Shown here in pieces: positions 1 through 12,955 of a stretch of 64,000 bases of DNA. The DNA lies in assembly GCA_951804945.1 (NCBI GenBank), contig OX638155.1, positions 48,546,001 to 48,610,000 on the forward strand, read 5' to 3'. The stretch comes from Podarcis cretensis. Lineage: Eukaryota. Positions within the stretch are counted from its first letter, which is position 1. The number at the start of each line of letters is the position of its first letter. The position numbers and the translations under genes are program-made. Below the pieces are notes generated by a model. The model did not search any database, had not been told where the DNA came from, and saw only the letters and a program-made list of their open reading frames with translations.

Positions 1-1224
1 TTTAACAAGGATTTAATTACAAAGGTAAGTGTATGCACCTGCTAAGGCATTCCTAATTATTTGATAATGGTGCAATCTTTCTCAATACAGCCAGACTTTG
101 TGGTGGTAAGCTGCACTAATGAAGCACACTGAGAGAACAAATTCCCCCAATGTTGGAGAAGCTTATTTAATTTTTTTTTTAAAAACCCCCAAAATAAACT
201 TGTGTAAAACTGCTTTTAGATCAGTCAGTTGCCATGCCATGGTTTTTAAATGATAAAACTCGCCTGCACAGTCCACATTGGTGGTAAATCAAGGTCAGTT
301 TATAGGAGCCTTGTAAAACTCCTTTGAATAATATCATCCTCTCACCTCGCAGATTCACACATTTTAAGGCATCGTGTGTGTGCCTTTTGGAAGTGGCATC
401 TAGAGCTGCTTGCTAACTTGGAAACAACTGACAGTGGTACTCCTTTGATAAAACAGAATCCCCTTTCTGCCAGCCACTCTGCCTACGATTGCATGGACTT
501 GGTTGGTAATGCATTTCCCTTTCACAAACTCACACCCTGGGCTGCTGTCCATTGAATGCTCGCTGACAGTTTGCTATTGCAAAAAGCCAGGAGCTAAACT
601 GTAGCATTACAATTTCATCATTCCAGGCAAACAGGAAAAAAACAACCCCGAAACATGGGGGAAGGCAGAGGGAGGCGACTCCATAAACCAGATGGATTCC
701 AATACCCTTGTCAAAAGCTATGCTGATCATACAGGGCTTGTTTTCCCCAGTAACCTAAAACATGGTCACATTTAAAAAGCAAAGGCATTTGACAACATCA
801 GTTCCATTACAGCTTCCAGTCATCTGCTTTATTGGATTTTGAAGGAATTTAGCCAGAACGCTCCATTTCCACTAGAATGTTATTAAAACAACTTTGCAGT
901 TTGGTCAGAAACTCAACTGTAGGCAATTTCATTCTACAAAGAGGATTTCTGATCCTGTTCTCTGTTATACTCATTTACTTTGCACATCATTTAAACAAAC
1001 AAAAAAATACAGACGCAGCTCTGCAGAGAGAGGAAGCAAAGTTCAACAAAGCATAATAATGCAGAGAGAGAGACTGCAATCTTACACCTTAGCCATGCAT
1101 AAAGGCATTGTAATCAATGAGACCTATTTGTATGTAACTGATGGTGGAATTACGCACTAAAAGTGCAAAGCTGAGCAAGTTAAATGTGTGCATTATTAAA
1201 ACTGATGGGACTCACAGCTCAACT

Positions 1225-1510
1225 CTGTACATGCTTCCTCAGAAGCAAGTCCCACTGTGTTCAATGGGGCATACTACTAGGTTAAGTGTGTATAGGAGTG
1301 CAGCCTTAAATATACATTTAGACTGCAGTCTTGTGCACACCTTTCTGGAAGTAATCCCACCCAACAGTGTTCATGGTGTGACTCTCTTCTGAGTCATGGG
1401 GTTGCACGGTTAAGCACAAGACCCGTTATTTCATAGCACCCTAGCAGCCTGATCCTATTCATAGCTAGCAAGGGAAAGTCCATTTATATCAGTGAGTATT
1501 GCAGAGTTGG
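1225..1510. mobile_element. Cluster of ~3 decayed copies of a short (~85 bp) squamate MITE-like repeat
   Basis: Core ctcagaagcaagtcccactgtgttcaatggggc...tataggagtgcagcc. The same family recurs near 14040, 32805, 49170, 54300-54730 and 57040. Confidence 0.55.
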
Positions 1511-1943
1511 AGTCCAACAACGTTGGTTTTCTCACCTGGCACAGAGTATATAGATGTGAGGTAACTAATATCCCATTTTAATGTATTTGAGTTCCATCTG
1601 GATTAAACATGACCTCCTTATAGCAAAGGGGAATGTCAGCCAGTATTAAGTCAGATTTCATTCATTCATTCATTCATTTTATTGCTATACTGCCTTCTGT
1701 TTTTCAGGGGGGAAAAACAGGTTTTTTTTTACAATCTACATTAAAATATCAAATAAAACATTATACAATAAAGCATTACAGAAGGTCAGGTATGCATTCC
1801 AAGCAGCCTAATGAACCAAATAAATCAATATTATCTTAAATATTATAAAAATAAGACATTACAGAGGATGTATACAATACACATTGAATAACACCATGAA
1901 CCTGGCCCGGTAGAAAATCAGCAACTAGTGCAGATCTCTGAGC

Positions 1944-2080
1944 ACAGGTGTTGGGTAACCTGTGGGCTTCTGGAAGTTGTTGGAGTCAGATCTTCATCAG
2001 CCCCAGCCAGCATGGCCAATAGCTAGGGATGAGTGGAGTTGTAGTCCAACATCTGGTGAGCCACTTGCTCCCTATCCCTA
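1944..2080. mobile_element. Palindromic hAT-type MITE (decayed)
   Basis: Homologous to the well-preserved copy at 17560-17695 (catcagccccagccagcatggcc...gggatgagtggagttgtagtccaac). Confidence 0.7.
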
Positions 2081-2082
2081 GT

Positions 2083-2146
2083 GTGACGATACTGACATGG
2101 ACCAATTGATGGTTTGACTCAGTGCAAGGCAGCTTCCTATGCTCCT
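2083..2146 (+). mobile_element. 3' tail of a tRNA-head/CR1-tail SINE (Squam2-like)
   Basis: gatactgacatggaccaattgatggtttgactcagtgcaaggcagcttcctatgctcct, homologous to the tails of the copies at 11130 and 52575. Confidence 0.6.
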
Positions 2147-2391
2147 CCAAGTAGAACCACAGCCAGACTTTGTTGGATGTGGGCATCAGCCATTTGGTGA
2201 TTATCAGAGATCCCCCTGAGGTGGGGAAAAGTAGATTTAGTTATTTGGACCCAAATTTCTAACAGTGAGTGCTTATTTCTCCGTAACCGGAGGACTTTAA
2301 CTGTCTTGAGTAGTATGGCACCAATATATTTGTAATTTATATAACTTGGTTTATCATGCTATAAGTGATTTAAGAGAGCCATACCCATGCT

Positions 2392-3008
2392 TGTGTCAAT
2401 GTATTCATGAAGAGGGAGGGGGGCTGAAACAGAATCACTTGCTCTGTGAGGCTAGGAAATCCAAATGGTGAAGTCAATCTCTCCATACAATTCCTCAGTG
2501 TCCCAGACATCTCTGTTATTAATGTGACTCGGGGTGCATACTGCTGATAATTACTGTTAGCTGGAATAATTAATAAGAGTAATTGCTTAGTACAAAAAGG
2601 GGAGGGGAGCCCGGGGAGGGGATAAAATAGGCTAGAGAACAGAGAGGCTCCCTGAGTACATTTTATGTAGACAGGATGTTCAGCAGAAAGCATCCTGAGA
2701 ATAAGAAGTGTTGTCTGGATGCCAAGGACAAACGCGCGGAGTTAGAAGTCAAAACTAGATAAACTTATCTTGAAATGCAACAGGGAGGAACCGACCATAG
2801 GTGGCATGGAGAGACAAACTCTAGAAATAGCCGTGAGAAATAGACCAGCATGTTAGGGATGGAGACTTGGAAGTGGGTTGTAAAATCAGAAGGGAAACTT
2901 ACTAGAGCACAGCCTACCAGTTCAGAAGACAACCTGAGGAAGAAACTGGGGGAAACGTTGAAAAACATTGACTGGTCTTCTTTGTGTGTAGGTGTGTGTT
3001 CTGCAACA
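2392..3008 (+). mobile_element. Possible old solo LTR
   Basis: Starts TG and ends GCAACA, with an imperfect 4-bp flank (tgct/tgtt) and a TATA-like ataaaa at ~2622. Weak evidence. Confidence 0.3.
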
Positions 3009-4675
3009 TGTTGTTAATGCAGTAATACTACATTAGTGGTAGTTTTATACTGGACCATCCACACATGGTTCTGCTCTGTTAACTGTTCTGCAATCGTGTT
3101 TCAGCAACGCTGCCACATTGTTGCCTGGAGGGGAAGTACCACAATAGACAGACAAAAGCACCACACACTTCCGGAACATTTGTTTCCAGATTTCAGCACA
3201 AAGATATGGGACATGCACTGCTGGGAAATAAAGCAGTATGGACACTCTGAAACTTTTGCAGGCACAACAGTATTGAAAGTGGGTATTGCATGCACCCACC
3301 TCAACTAGGACAAATAATCATGAATGCACAATAAAAAGTGTGTCTAGAGAGACCCTAAAACTCCCCAACTAGGATGGAATGTAACAACACTGGAGGATAT
3401 AGAAATTGATGGTGTTATTAGCATTAATGAAAACTAAACTTCAGTTGCTGAGTTGGTTTACTAACTCCTATACACTCACACCAGTTAGAGTATGGGGAAA
3501 ATCGGGCAGAAGTTTTACCGTAGTTCCAGGACCGTCACTTATAACTCTGGTACAACACCATCCTTTTCCCCAAAATAAAAACAGATTATATAATGTGAAG
3601 GTATGGAAATCACACCATTTATATTACTTGAAATATTATTATACATTCTCTTACAGTATTGACTAGAAAATAATCAGATTTCATGGCTGTTAAGATATCG
3701 ATTGAGATTTTTTCTTACAAATAAACAGATTAATAATGAAGCTAACACATTATGAAAAGATAGTCATTATACTATCACTTATTACTAAGGGATTAATTTT
3801 CCTTTTATACAAAACCCATATTGAGAACCAATTTTGCCCCCAACAAAATCCCAGAAAGCTGGTGGGAATTAACATGAGATATAAACATTGAAGAGGATAA
3901 ATAGAACGATGTATGGACAAAAGCACCATATAAGTCTCTGTCAGCAACTAGTAGGGAATGTTTACAAAAAAAATGTGCATGGATGGTATTTAACACTAAG
4001 GTACCAATCTTATATAAAGCTCAATATGCCTCCATTATGTTGGAGAGGATGCCAAATTATAGGTACTAACCAACATATATGGTGGAAATGTCCACAAATA
4101 GAACAATTTTGGAAGGAAGCTTTTAAAGAGATATCTAAGATTACAGCTCATACAATCCCAATAACCCCAGCATTAGCTAGCCTTACTTAATTTAAATACT
4201 TCAGAGATGGATGAATTAAGAAGCAAGAAATTAGCAACAGCAGCTAGAATGACTTGCGGAATGCTCTCCCCAGGGAGGCTCACCTGGTTCCTTTGTTACA
4301 TATCTTTAGGCATTAAATAATAGCCAGAATGTGGAAAACCTTGCAATTAATGAATATTGATATAACTGGGGTAATTATGGCAAACAGCCATAATGGAAAA
4401 GCTGTCACAAAAATTTATGGTGGTCAGGGGAGAGAAAAAACAAGGTAAGTTTTACACTGTATGGTGTGATTTTATTAAATAATGTATATAAATGAAGCAA
4501 CACTTGGATGAGAAATACCTACAACATATATTGCAATATGGCATAGATAACCAGAAACTACTCATTAGCACACTCCTGTTACTCCGTACTTTCCAAATTG
4601 ATTTACTGAAGAATTCATTTTACTGATTTACTTCTTACTGTAATCTTCTCATTATTATGTACTGTAAAATAATGT

Positions 4676-4841
4676 CAAAACAAAATAAAAAAATTCCTTC
4701 CAGTAGCACCTTAAAGACCAACTAAGTTAGTTCTTGGTATGAGCTTTCGCGTGCATGCACACTTCTTCAGATACCAGGTACTGGAAGGAATTTTTTTATT
4801 TTGTTTTGACTATGGCAGACCAACACGGCTACCTATCTGTA
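4676..4841. mobile_element. Penelope-like element terminal fragment with inverted pLTR arrangement
   Basis: 15-bp TSD actgtaaaataatgt (4661-4675 and 4842-4856). Perfect inverted repeat gtcaaaacaaaataaaaaaattccttccagta / tactggaaggaatttttttattttgttttgac. Contains a hammerhead motif. Confidence 0.85.
4735..4776 (-). ncRNA. Minimal type I hammerhead ribozyme (Penelope-associated)
   Basis: Minus strand reads UGGUAU-CUGAAGA-A-GUGUGCAUGCACGC-GAAA-GCUC-AUACCA: 6-bp stem I, CUGANGA and GAAA core, stem II, palindromic AGCU stem III and CUC cleavage triplet. Confidence 0.8.
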
Positions 4842-4900
4842 ACTGTAAAATAATGTGTTTAGCATTTTATCCACCCACCCTGTAACCCATTTTTTGTTAG

Positions 4901-5133
4901 TCGAAAGCACCTCCGGGTGCAAGTAGATAAATAGGGACCGCTTACCAGCGGGAAGGTAAACGGTGTTTCCGTGTGCGGCTCTGGCTCGCCAGAGCAGCGA
5001 TGTCACGCTGGCCACGTGACCCGGAAGTGTCTCCGGACAGCGCTGGCCCCTGGCCTCTTAAGTGAGATGGGCGCACAACCCCAGAGTCTGTCAAGACTGG
5101 CCCGTACGGGCAGGGGTACCTTTACCTTTACCT
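4901..5133 (+). mobile_element. Sauria SINE, 5'-truncated (young subfamily)
   Basis: Near-identical to the copies at 21473 and 54323. Ends in (ACCTTT)n. Confidence 0.92.
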
Positions 5134-8100
5134 AATTTTGTAACAACCATTTAAAAAGAGAAAAAAGAAACCAGTCTACTGTACAATAAGAAAAATTACA
5201 TTCACTTTTGCCTCTGGCCCCTCCCACCACCCCCTGGAAAGTTGCCCAGAAATGAATGAAAAATATTTCCTACTCTCGTGTTACCTGATCAGAAAGTCTG
5301 AAAAAGGCTTTCTTATTGGAAGAATTACTTTTCTTTCTCTCTGTTTTTTTTTTTAATCTATATGTCTTGGTATCAGCTTCTTAACTGACTGCAACTTCTA
5401 TTGTTTGAGAAAGAGAAAACAATTATTTCTATTCTTTCGCTTTATATATTATGTTCCTTACTGCCTCACATTTGCTCATTCACACAGACATCCATTCTTG
5501 ATGCAATCCCTTCTAATCTTTCCTGACCATAGATATCATATGAATCAGTATTTTGTATGAACCGGCACTCGAAAGATACACTGTTGCTGTGATTTCCATG
5601 ACTGCAGCAGCTCCAAAAAAATAAACTTCAGCAGGAGTGTATCCATCAAGAATGAGGGCCAAGTTTCATGCATCAACGGCTTCTATTGACTGGGTAGAGA
5701 TTATTTTCCACAGGGAATAATCTTCCAGTGATATCCCTGTGCCGAAGCCCTGTGTGTATCTCTAAGCTTAGCAGCTTGACCAATTCAGATCATTTTACTG
5801 GCGTTTTATTGATCTTACAGCAATTTTGCATATTGTATACCTTCTTGAAGTATTTTTTTGTCAGTAGGTCCTATAAATAAGTTAAATAAATAATTAAAAC
5901 CAGAGAATAACTGCATTTAACATTTATTATTTTTATGGCACCGTAAAGAAATGTCCCTGATCCAGACTAGTTACAGTCTCAATGTACAGATCTTGAATCA
6001 AAATAAGAGAAACAAAAGGGAGAGTTATAATCATCATGTCAATAGGAATCATGTTATTAAGAAATATTGAATATCTTGCAGCATTTCAACATCTCTGTAG
6101 GAATATGACTGAATAAGATCTCTCAAATATTCCAGATGACCAAATGTAAAGCAATTCTTTTTGTGGGGGCGAGAGAAATCAACTAATGTCAATATGTTCC
6201 TAATGGCGACACAAGGTGAAAGGTTTTCTAGCTGCTCTACAAGCAACAGGAATCGGTCAGGGAGAAAGTTAGCTGACAAAGCTGCAGGAAATGAGCATGA
6301 AGTTGACTATGATCTTTCTTCCTCCTTCCTTTCAAATGAGGTATTGTTCTCTGAGTACTTCAAACCGAGCTTTGAAAAGGATGATACAGTTAACTAAAGG
6401 TCAGCTTGTGTCAGGGATACTCTGCCAAAAGAGGAAATTGCTTAAGGAAACGAAAATTTAGTCTGACCTAGAGGAAGTGATGCTGGATGTTGAGAAGATA
6501 CCTAAAATGAAAGCTGTGATTTATTATGGTCATAATAAAACAAAGTGATGTCTTTGAAAACAAGACTCTTTTTTAAAAAAAACCTCCAACAACAACGTAG
6601 AAGGAAATATATACGAAGTAGAGGAAAACAAATGCACTTGAATCACTCTGCACTTGCATCTCTCTCCTGTTCAAGGTTGATCAATAGTGCAAAAATACAC
6701 AGATAAAGGATACTGGCACTCCTGAGCACTCATGGTGTTAAGAGATAACAGAGGTTTCCTGGCTAACCCTCTTCAGTCTTGAACAGGTTGCAGTGCATGG
6801 CAAAAGACCATATTTACTGTGGAGTTTTGGACGGCTCGCGATAAAGTGCCACATGGCAGTCTGCTACTGAAGCTCAAAGCAGCGGGAGCTCCAAAGCGGA
6901 GTGGGGATAAAATTTACAAAAACTAAACTAAACAAAACACAGTAGCTGAAAAGCAGCACCCCACTAGAGAGAAGTGTTGAGTGTAACCCCCACAGGGACC
7001 ACGGCGAGGACATTTAAGAATTTCATATCCGCATGATTAACTCAGATGAAGAGGCCAGCTGCAAACTTTAATTTCTCGATAGCACAAAGGTTTGCGAGCA
7101 AGTCAAATATGTATATAGGGCAAATGTTGCGAGGGTTCTAGGCTTACAGGCACGGAAATTCAGTGTCGACATCAGTGCTGCTCAGGGTTTATTGATGCCT
7201 CATAGTTATTGGACACAATCTGTTTCCTCGACAATTTTCCTTGGTGACAATTAGAGAAAAGCAACGGCAAGGGAAAGAGTCTGTCTCTCTCCATCCAAGA
7301 GCAAAACTGCCTATAAATCACAGGGACTGCTTCATATCCAGGAGAAGAAAAAATTATTCTAAGCATCAACTACGAAGCTAAATGAGGGGGCTTGCTAATA
7401 CGTCGCTCAAGATGAAAAACTATTCCTGGGTCTACAACCAGCTCTTTTGCATCGCTGCTTCTCAGAAATATACCACTTTGGAGAAAGGGAACTACAGCGT
7501 GCCTATAATCCCATTGTATTCTCTTTTATCTCTCAGGGGCAAAAACCACCCCACCAAGTAAATGCCAGGGATGTCAGGCAACTGGGCGCAAGGAAGGCAG
7601 CCCTTTGATTTAGGTCACAGCCATAAGTGGTTCCTGGCATAATCAAGCCAAGTTAAGGGTTGGCACAAGAAGCAATTATTTCTCATCTCCTCCCCCCCCC
7701 CAAACACTGTGGTGGCAAAGGCCAAGTAGAAGGGAAATGGTATATACAAAAAAGAAAGAAAAAACTTAAGGCAGAAGTCAGGGAGGGGGTCACATTCCCA
7801 GCTGGAAATGAAATCTTCTCCACATGGCTGAAAACCAAGATCAGCAGCAGCAGCAGTGATGCCATCTGCCCTCCCAAAAGACCAAAACCCAGGGGAATTT
7901 CAGGAGCCAGCCTGGCCCATGGAGGGATAGTTTACACATCTGTGCACCAGATCTATTGAATCTGGTCCACTATCTGCATGGATGTTGGGGGTGGGGCTAC
8001 ACAATGCATTAGCCAAAGACAATAATCAACAACCACATTTACAATACAAAAATAAATAAATAAATCTGACTCAAGTGAGACCATTATGCAGGAATGCAGG

Positions 8101-8875
8101 TGAAACCTGGAGGGATGCAGGAGGCATTAGCAAACTACAATGGGGTGGGGGGGGGGTTGGACTATGTGGCTTAATTTGTATTCACATGTACCTCTTTTTA
8201 AGGAGTAAATGACCACTGGGTATGTCTTTCGACAAGGACTACTTTACTCGAAATTCCTTCAAATGTTAATTTGTGTTTACATATGTAAAATGGGCTTCTT
8301 CCCAAATGTCTTTGTTCCCAAAATTCTATGGAAGCAGAGGGGGGAGTTCTGCAAGGTCCAATCTGCATGATATTTGGGGAGCTGGGTTGGAGGTGGGGAG
8401 CCAGTTCTACCACTTTTCACCTGGAAGTTGGCTGTAGCAATTAGGAGGTGGTGGTGGTGGGAGAAAGAATACCTACACATATACAATTTAGTTAGGATGT
8501 GCAGCCATAGTGTCAATCTGATTTTGTGTATGCATATTTATTTATTTATATTTCCCCCCATGCCACACAATATATAAAATCTCTAAGCTGTTTACGTCCA
8601 CAGAACGGAAGATGGCAGGATCCCCAAGGAAGTGCTCTATGGGGAGCTGGCTTCCGGCACCAGACCAACTCTGTGTTACAAAGATATCTGCAAGCATGAC
8701 ATATGAAGGTGGGCAACTTTAACCACTTCTTCGTTGGCATCTATCTGTCTAAGGGAACAACAGCAACTAATCTGTATATATGAAAACAGTGAAAATACAA
8801 GAATAAACTTTTGTTTAGAAAAACAGATAAGAACAAAGCAAGGCTGCCTGATCCCTTATATCTCTGCTTGACCAC

Positions 8876-9037
8876 CAAAGGAGACAACTTCTAGGGGACC
8901 TTTGCCCCCCCCCAATAAAATATTTGAAGTGACTGGGCCTCTCCAAAGTTGATGGGAATTGCCATTCAAATGGTGTGTGTTTGATTGAATATGCAGGCTT
9001 ATCTGCTCCCCATATTTTATGCCAGTTGGCACCCCTG
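8876..9037 (-). mobile_element. hAT-type MITE (caggggtgccaact TIR family)
   Basis: Termini caaaggagacaact / agttggcacccctg with an imperfect 8-bp TSD. Homologous to 16157-16685 and to 41371/44497. Confidence 0.7.
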
Positions 9038-9587
9038 CTGACCCCTGAGGTCTTGGGGGGAGTCACTGCTAGTGACCCCCTATTGAGGCATCTAATCATA
9101 AGCCTGCATTTTTATTAAAGCTTATATGTTTAATCAGGGCTTGTATTTTAAAATGAGCTTAAAGATTTTCAAATGTTTCATGCCAGGCAGAAGAGCAGCT
9201 GCCTAAGAACCTTGGCAAAATGTTTTTCTCCTAGACAAGGGGGCCCCCTGATTTACAGCAGAAAACAATTCTCAAAGTCGTAAAAAGGGAATTACAGGCT
9301 GAGAGCCAAGGTTACACTGACCCTACAAATTAAGGGTTGATAAATAGTAAAATGAGCCATATCTTCTTCCTAAGGTTAAAAAGGCCAAGAACAAATTGAA
9401 AAGCAACTGGTCTGGCTGGCAGAAAGAGAGCATTTTTGGGAAGTCTTTTCTAAAGCTGTTTCTTTCTTAAACTAAGATCCTTTTAAGATTTCTTTTCCTT
9501 TTAAAAGGTTATTTATGTATTAAATATATTAGCTTAAATATAATTATGCAAAGGATTTAAGAAATGCTAGATTCTTATTTCATATAG

Positions 9588-9725
9588 TTGTAAGAGTTGT
9601 AACTATCCTGAAATTAAGTCAGCCACCAGCCCAGCCTCCTGCCAGACAGGAGACGCCATCGAGCACTCCTGATATATGGTTGTCAGGCCTTTTGTTTAGA
9701 AACCTTCAAATGAAGGAGATCTCTC
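9588..9725 (-). mobile_element. CR1 3'-end fragment (old)
   Basis: Homologous to the reverse complement of the CR1 3' end at 43330-43518. Confidence 0.55.
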
Positions 9726-10733
9726 AATGTTGATGTGAACTCAAAATCCTTGACATATGTTTAAGATAAAAATTCAAGATTAACCATCTGTTTTGGAAGG
9801 CAATAGGGCAAGGAGGGCAAGAGGTGAGCTGGTAATTAAGATTTCTTGTTGAGACACATGTAAGATATATTACTACTTATTTGTCATTTATAGATAGAAG
9901 AATATATAGCTTTTTGATTCCCATAAAAGGACAGAAGGAAATGGGTGTATCTTTTGTGATTGGTTCTAGCAAACAGCCAATAGGAATTTCAACCAGGCTG
10001 ATTGGACAGAGGCAGCCACAGGAGGAGCAAGGGGGCTGGATTAAGGAAATATAAGTGCTGGCCAGAATGGCAGGAGGCCAGGCCAGAGCTTGGTAACCAT
10101 ATACCATTGTGCCTCATATTTATTTGTCTGACAAATAAATTATTATTTAATTTCTCTATTGCTGCGTTGAATATTTCATTCCAGCTAAGCATTAACCACA
10201 AGCAGGGTGCTACACCATGGCTTGGGTGCACAGCTCATATCCACCAGGCATTTAGTATGGTGGGCCCGAAAGTTATGAAATTCCCTTCCTGTTGAGGTCA
10301 AACAGGCCCTTCTATTGAACCTCCAGAGCTTATTGAATTAAAAACAAAACAAAAATCCACAGGCTTTTAAAATGAATTCTGATTTTATAGCTTCAACCAA
10401 TTTTTATTTTCTTTGTATTGAGTTTTTAGTTCACTGCTTAGAGACGATTGCAATTAAATGGTACGTAGATTGTCAAATTACAAATAGATTGTCAAAACAA
10501 ATAAAATTGAAGCAGTGTACAAAAAAACTTAAGAGTCGGACTCCAAGGAAAGCTTGTGTAAGCATTTGTTTTAAAGGGGCATTTAAAAAGCCATTGCTAT
10601 CTCTACCTTTGAATTACCCCAGGAAGGGCATTCCAGAGGGTGGGTGCTACCACTGAGAAGGCCCACTTCCATGCTGTCACCAAGTGACAAGCTGCTGACT
10701 GTGGATTATGTGGGCAGTAGGTAAAATGAAAAA

Positions 10734-11088
10734 GGGACGCGGGTGGAGCTGTGGGTTAAACCACAGAGCCTAGGACTTGCCGATCAGGAGGTTGGCGGTT
10801 CAAATCCTCTCGGCGGGGTGAGCTCCCGTTGCTTGGTCCCTGCTCCTGCCAACCTAGCAGTTCAAAAGCATGTCAAAGTGCAAGTAGATAAATAGGTATC
10901 GCTCCAGCAGGAAGGTAAACGGTGTTTCCATGCGCTGTTCTGGTTCACCAGAAGCGGCTTAGTCATCCTGGCCACATGACGCGGAAGCTGTACGCCGGCT
11001 CCCTCAGCCAATAAAGTGAGATGAGCGCTGCAGCCCCAGAGTCGGCCACGACTGGACCTAATGGTCAGGGGTCCCTTTACCTTTACCT
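10734..11088 (+). mobile_element. Sauria SINE, full length
   Basis: tRNA-like head gggacgcgggtgg...ggttcaaatcc, (ACCTTT)n tail, and TSD aggtaaaatgaa/aggtgaaatgaa. Confidence 0.95.
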
Positions 11089-11129
11089 AGGTGAAATGAA
11101 GCTTCTGATGGACACATTTTGATGCTGTC

Positions 11130-11295
11130 ATAGGAAGGTGGGAAGCTGCCTCACAGTGAACGAGACCATTGGTCCACCTAGACTGACAGGCATTTGCTCT
11201 CCAGTCTTTTCCAACCCTGACAGTGATAGGGATTGAACCTAGGTTGGGACATTTTGCATGCAACGCTTATGCCTTACTACAGACCTACAGGCCAT
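11130..11295 (-). mobile_element. Squam2-like SINE (decayed)
   Basis: Reverse-oriented tail ggaagctgcctc...gaccattggtcca and B-box-like gggattgaacc. Confidence 0.6.
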
Positions 11296-11345
11296 TTCTA
11301 AAACCAAGGATGTGGGGAGGAAGACATGGGGGGGGGGAAGGCAGA

Positions 11346-11476
11346 CAGTGGCGTAGCGTGGGGGTGCAGGGGGGCTGGGGGGTGCGCTCGCACTCGCAGC
11401 TCTCTGCCCCTACCGGGTTAGGGGGCGCAAATTACTTGCCTTGCCCCGGGTGCTGACAACCCACGCTATGCCACTG
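11346..11476. mobile_element. hAT MITE (cagtggcgtagcgtggg TIR)
   Basis: 17-bp TIRs cagtggcgtagcgtggg / cccacgctatgccactg. Sister copy at 28613. Confidence 0.85.
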
Positions 11477-12696
11477 GAGGTGGAGGTAGACATTCTTGGC
11501 CTATATTACTTAACAGTCCAGTTTTGTTTCGCCCATCCCCTGTACTAAGAACCTAAATTTGCAAACTGATGTATGACAGCCCCATCCCAAGTACAGTATC
11601 AATTTTATATGAATGGTAGCTTCAAGGGAAGGAGGTGGCAGGTATTCATTGTGTCCTTTGTGGGAAACAGTGTATATGTCAGAAGAAGAAGGAAAGAATA
11701 AAAATGACACTTCCTCGCCCTTATTGGGAAGGAACAAAAGAAAATAAACAAGGATTGTTTCATTCTCCCACAGAACGCAGGCCAGGCAGTGTAAATATAT
11801 GTACAGCCTTTTTTTTATCTTTCCTTCAGACACTTCATCTCAGGACACAAGTTTGATGTTCTGGACAACCTGTAGTGAGCATCACAAAAGCAGGAAATAA
11901 AATGCAGGCATCAAGTGTGTGCATGAAAGATCCAAGAGGATTTACAGTTATGTGAACTGCGAGTTTAACGGGGGAGAAGCCTTTTCCGGCACATAGGTAG
12001 GTGTATAGCTTTGGAAACTTCCCCCCTCTTTTCCAAGGCTGTCCCTCGCCAGCTATCTCAGTAATGGCATAAGCTGGGTAGCAGAACATTCTGCTGGGAC
12101 TTGTCCCTCACAAGTCCCCTGAAATGAATGTGAGTTAACCACCAGCACATTTGTCAGCAACATCACATGGCTACAAGAATTCAGTCCATTGTGAACTAGG
12201 AACTAAGGACACAATTGTGGCGGTACTCACTGAAATGTGCGCAACTGAAATTCACTATTCATGTTTTGATACCTGGAGCAAAATGCAGGTGTCCTGCATC
12301 ATATACAATGCAGGACACACAGGTGTACATACTGATCAACCCCTCTGTTCACATCAATTAAAAAAAAAAAAAATAGCCACTGTTGGCTCTATAACTGATT
12401 TCATGGAGGAAAACCATGATGCCTATGTCCTTTCTCCACAGTAGGAGGCAGTGTGCCTTTGCACAGCAGTTTCTGGGAATCTTAAGAGGAGGGAGTGCTG
12501 CTGCAGTCATGCCTTCACATAGACATCTGGTTGGCTACTGCGAGAACAGAATGCTGGGTGAGATTGGCTTCTTCTTACGTTATAATAGTTTTCCTTTGTA
12601 TTTTGTTTAGAGCTTGAACAGAAACCATACACAAAATGTGCAGTCTCTCTCTTATTATGGAACATTCAGATGTCTGGGGTTATTCTGTGCATTCCG

Positions 12697-12955
12697 CACA
12701 GGACAAACTGGAATGTGTCCAGAGGAGGGTGACAAAAGATGGAGTTGGGCCTGGCAGAATCTGATGAGGAAAGGGTGAAGGAATTGGGTGCGCTTAGCTT
12801 GAAGAAGAGATGATTAAGAAGTGATTGTCGTCTTCATGTATTTGTAGGGCTGCCATGCAGATGATGGAGCAAATTTGATTTCTCTTGTTCCAGGGGTCCC
12901 AAAGCAAAAAGGCTCAAATAAAAGGATAAAGGACTTAGATCAGAGGTTGCAAAAC
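12697..12955 (+). mobile_element. Old CR1 ORF2 C-terminal fragment
   Basis: ggacaaactggaatgtgtccagaggaggg... aligns with 43055-43300 ([10 protein letters not shown] region). Confidence 0.75.

Larger units (their letters stand above)
3355..5170 (+). mobile_element. L1 LINE 3' fragment (decayed ORF2 C-terminus plus 3' UTR), interrupted by a Penelope fragment and a Sauria SINE
   Basis: ORF 3888-4190 contains CWRGC-x(6)-QHIWWKC-x(5)-FW, the L1 ORF2 CCHC zinc-knuckle. Stops and frameshifts flank it, and an A-rich tail lies at ~5152-5170. Confidence 0.85.
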
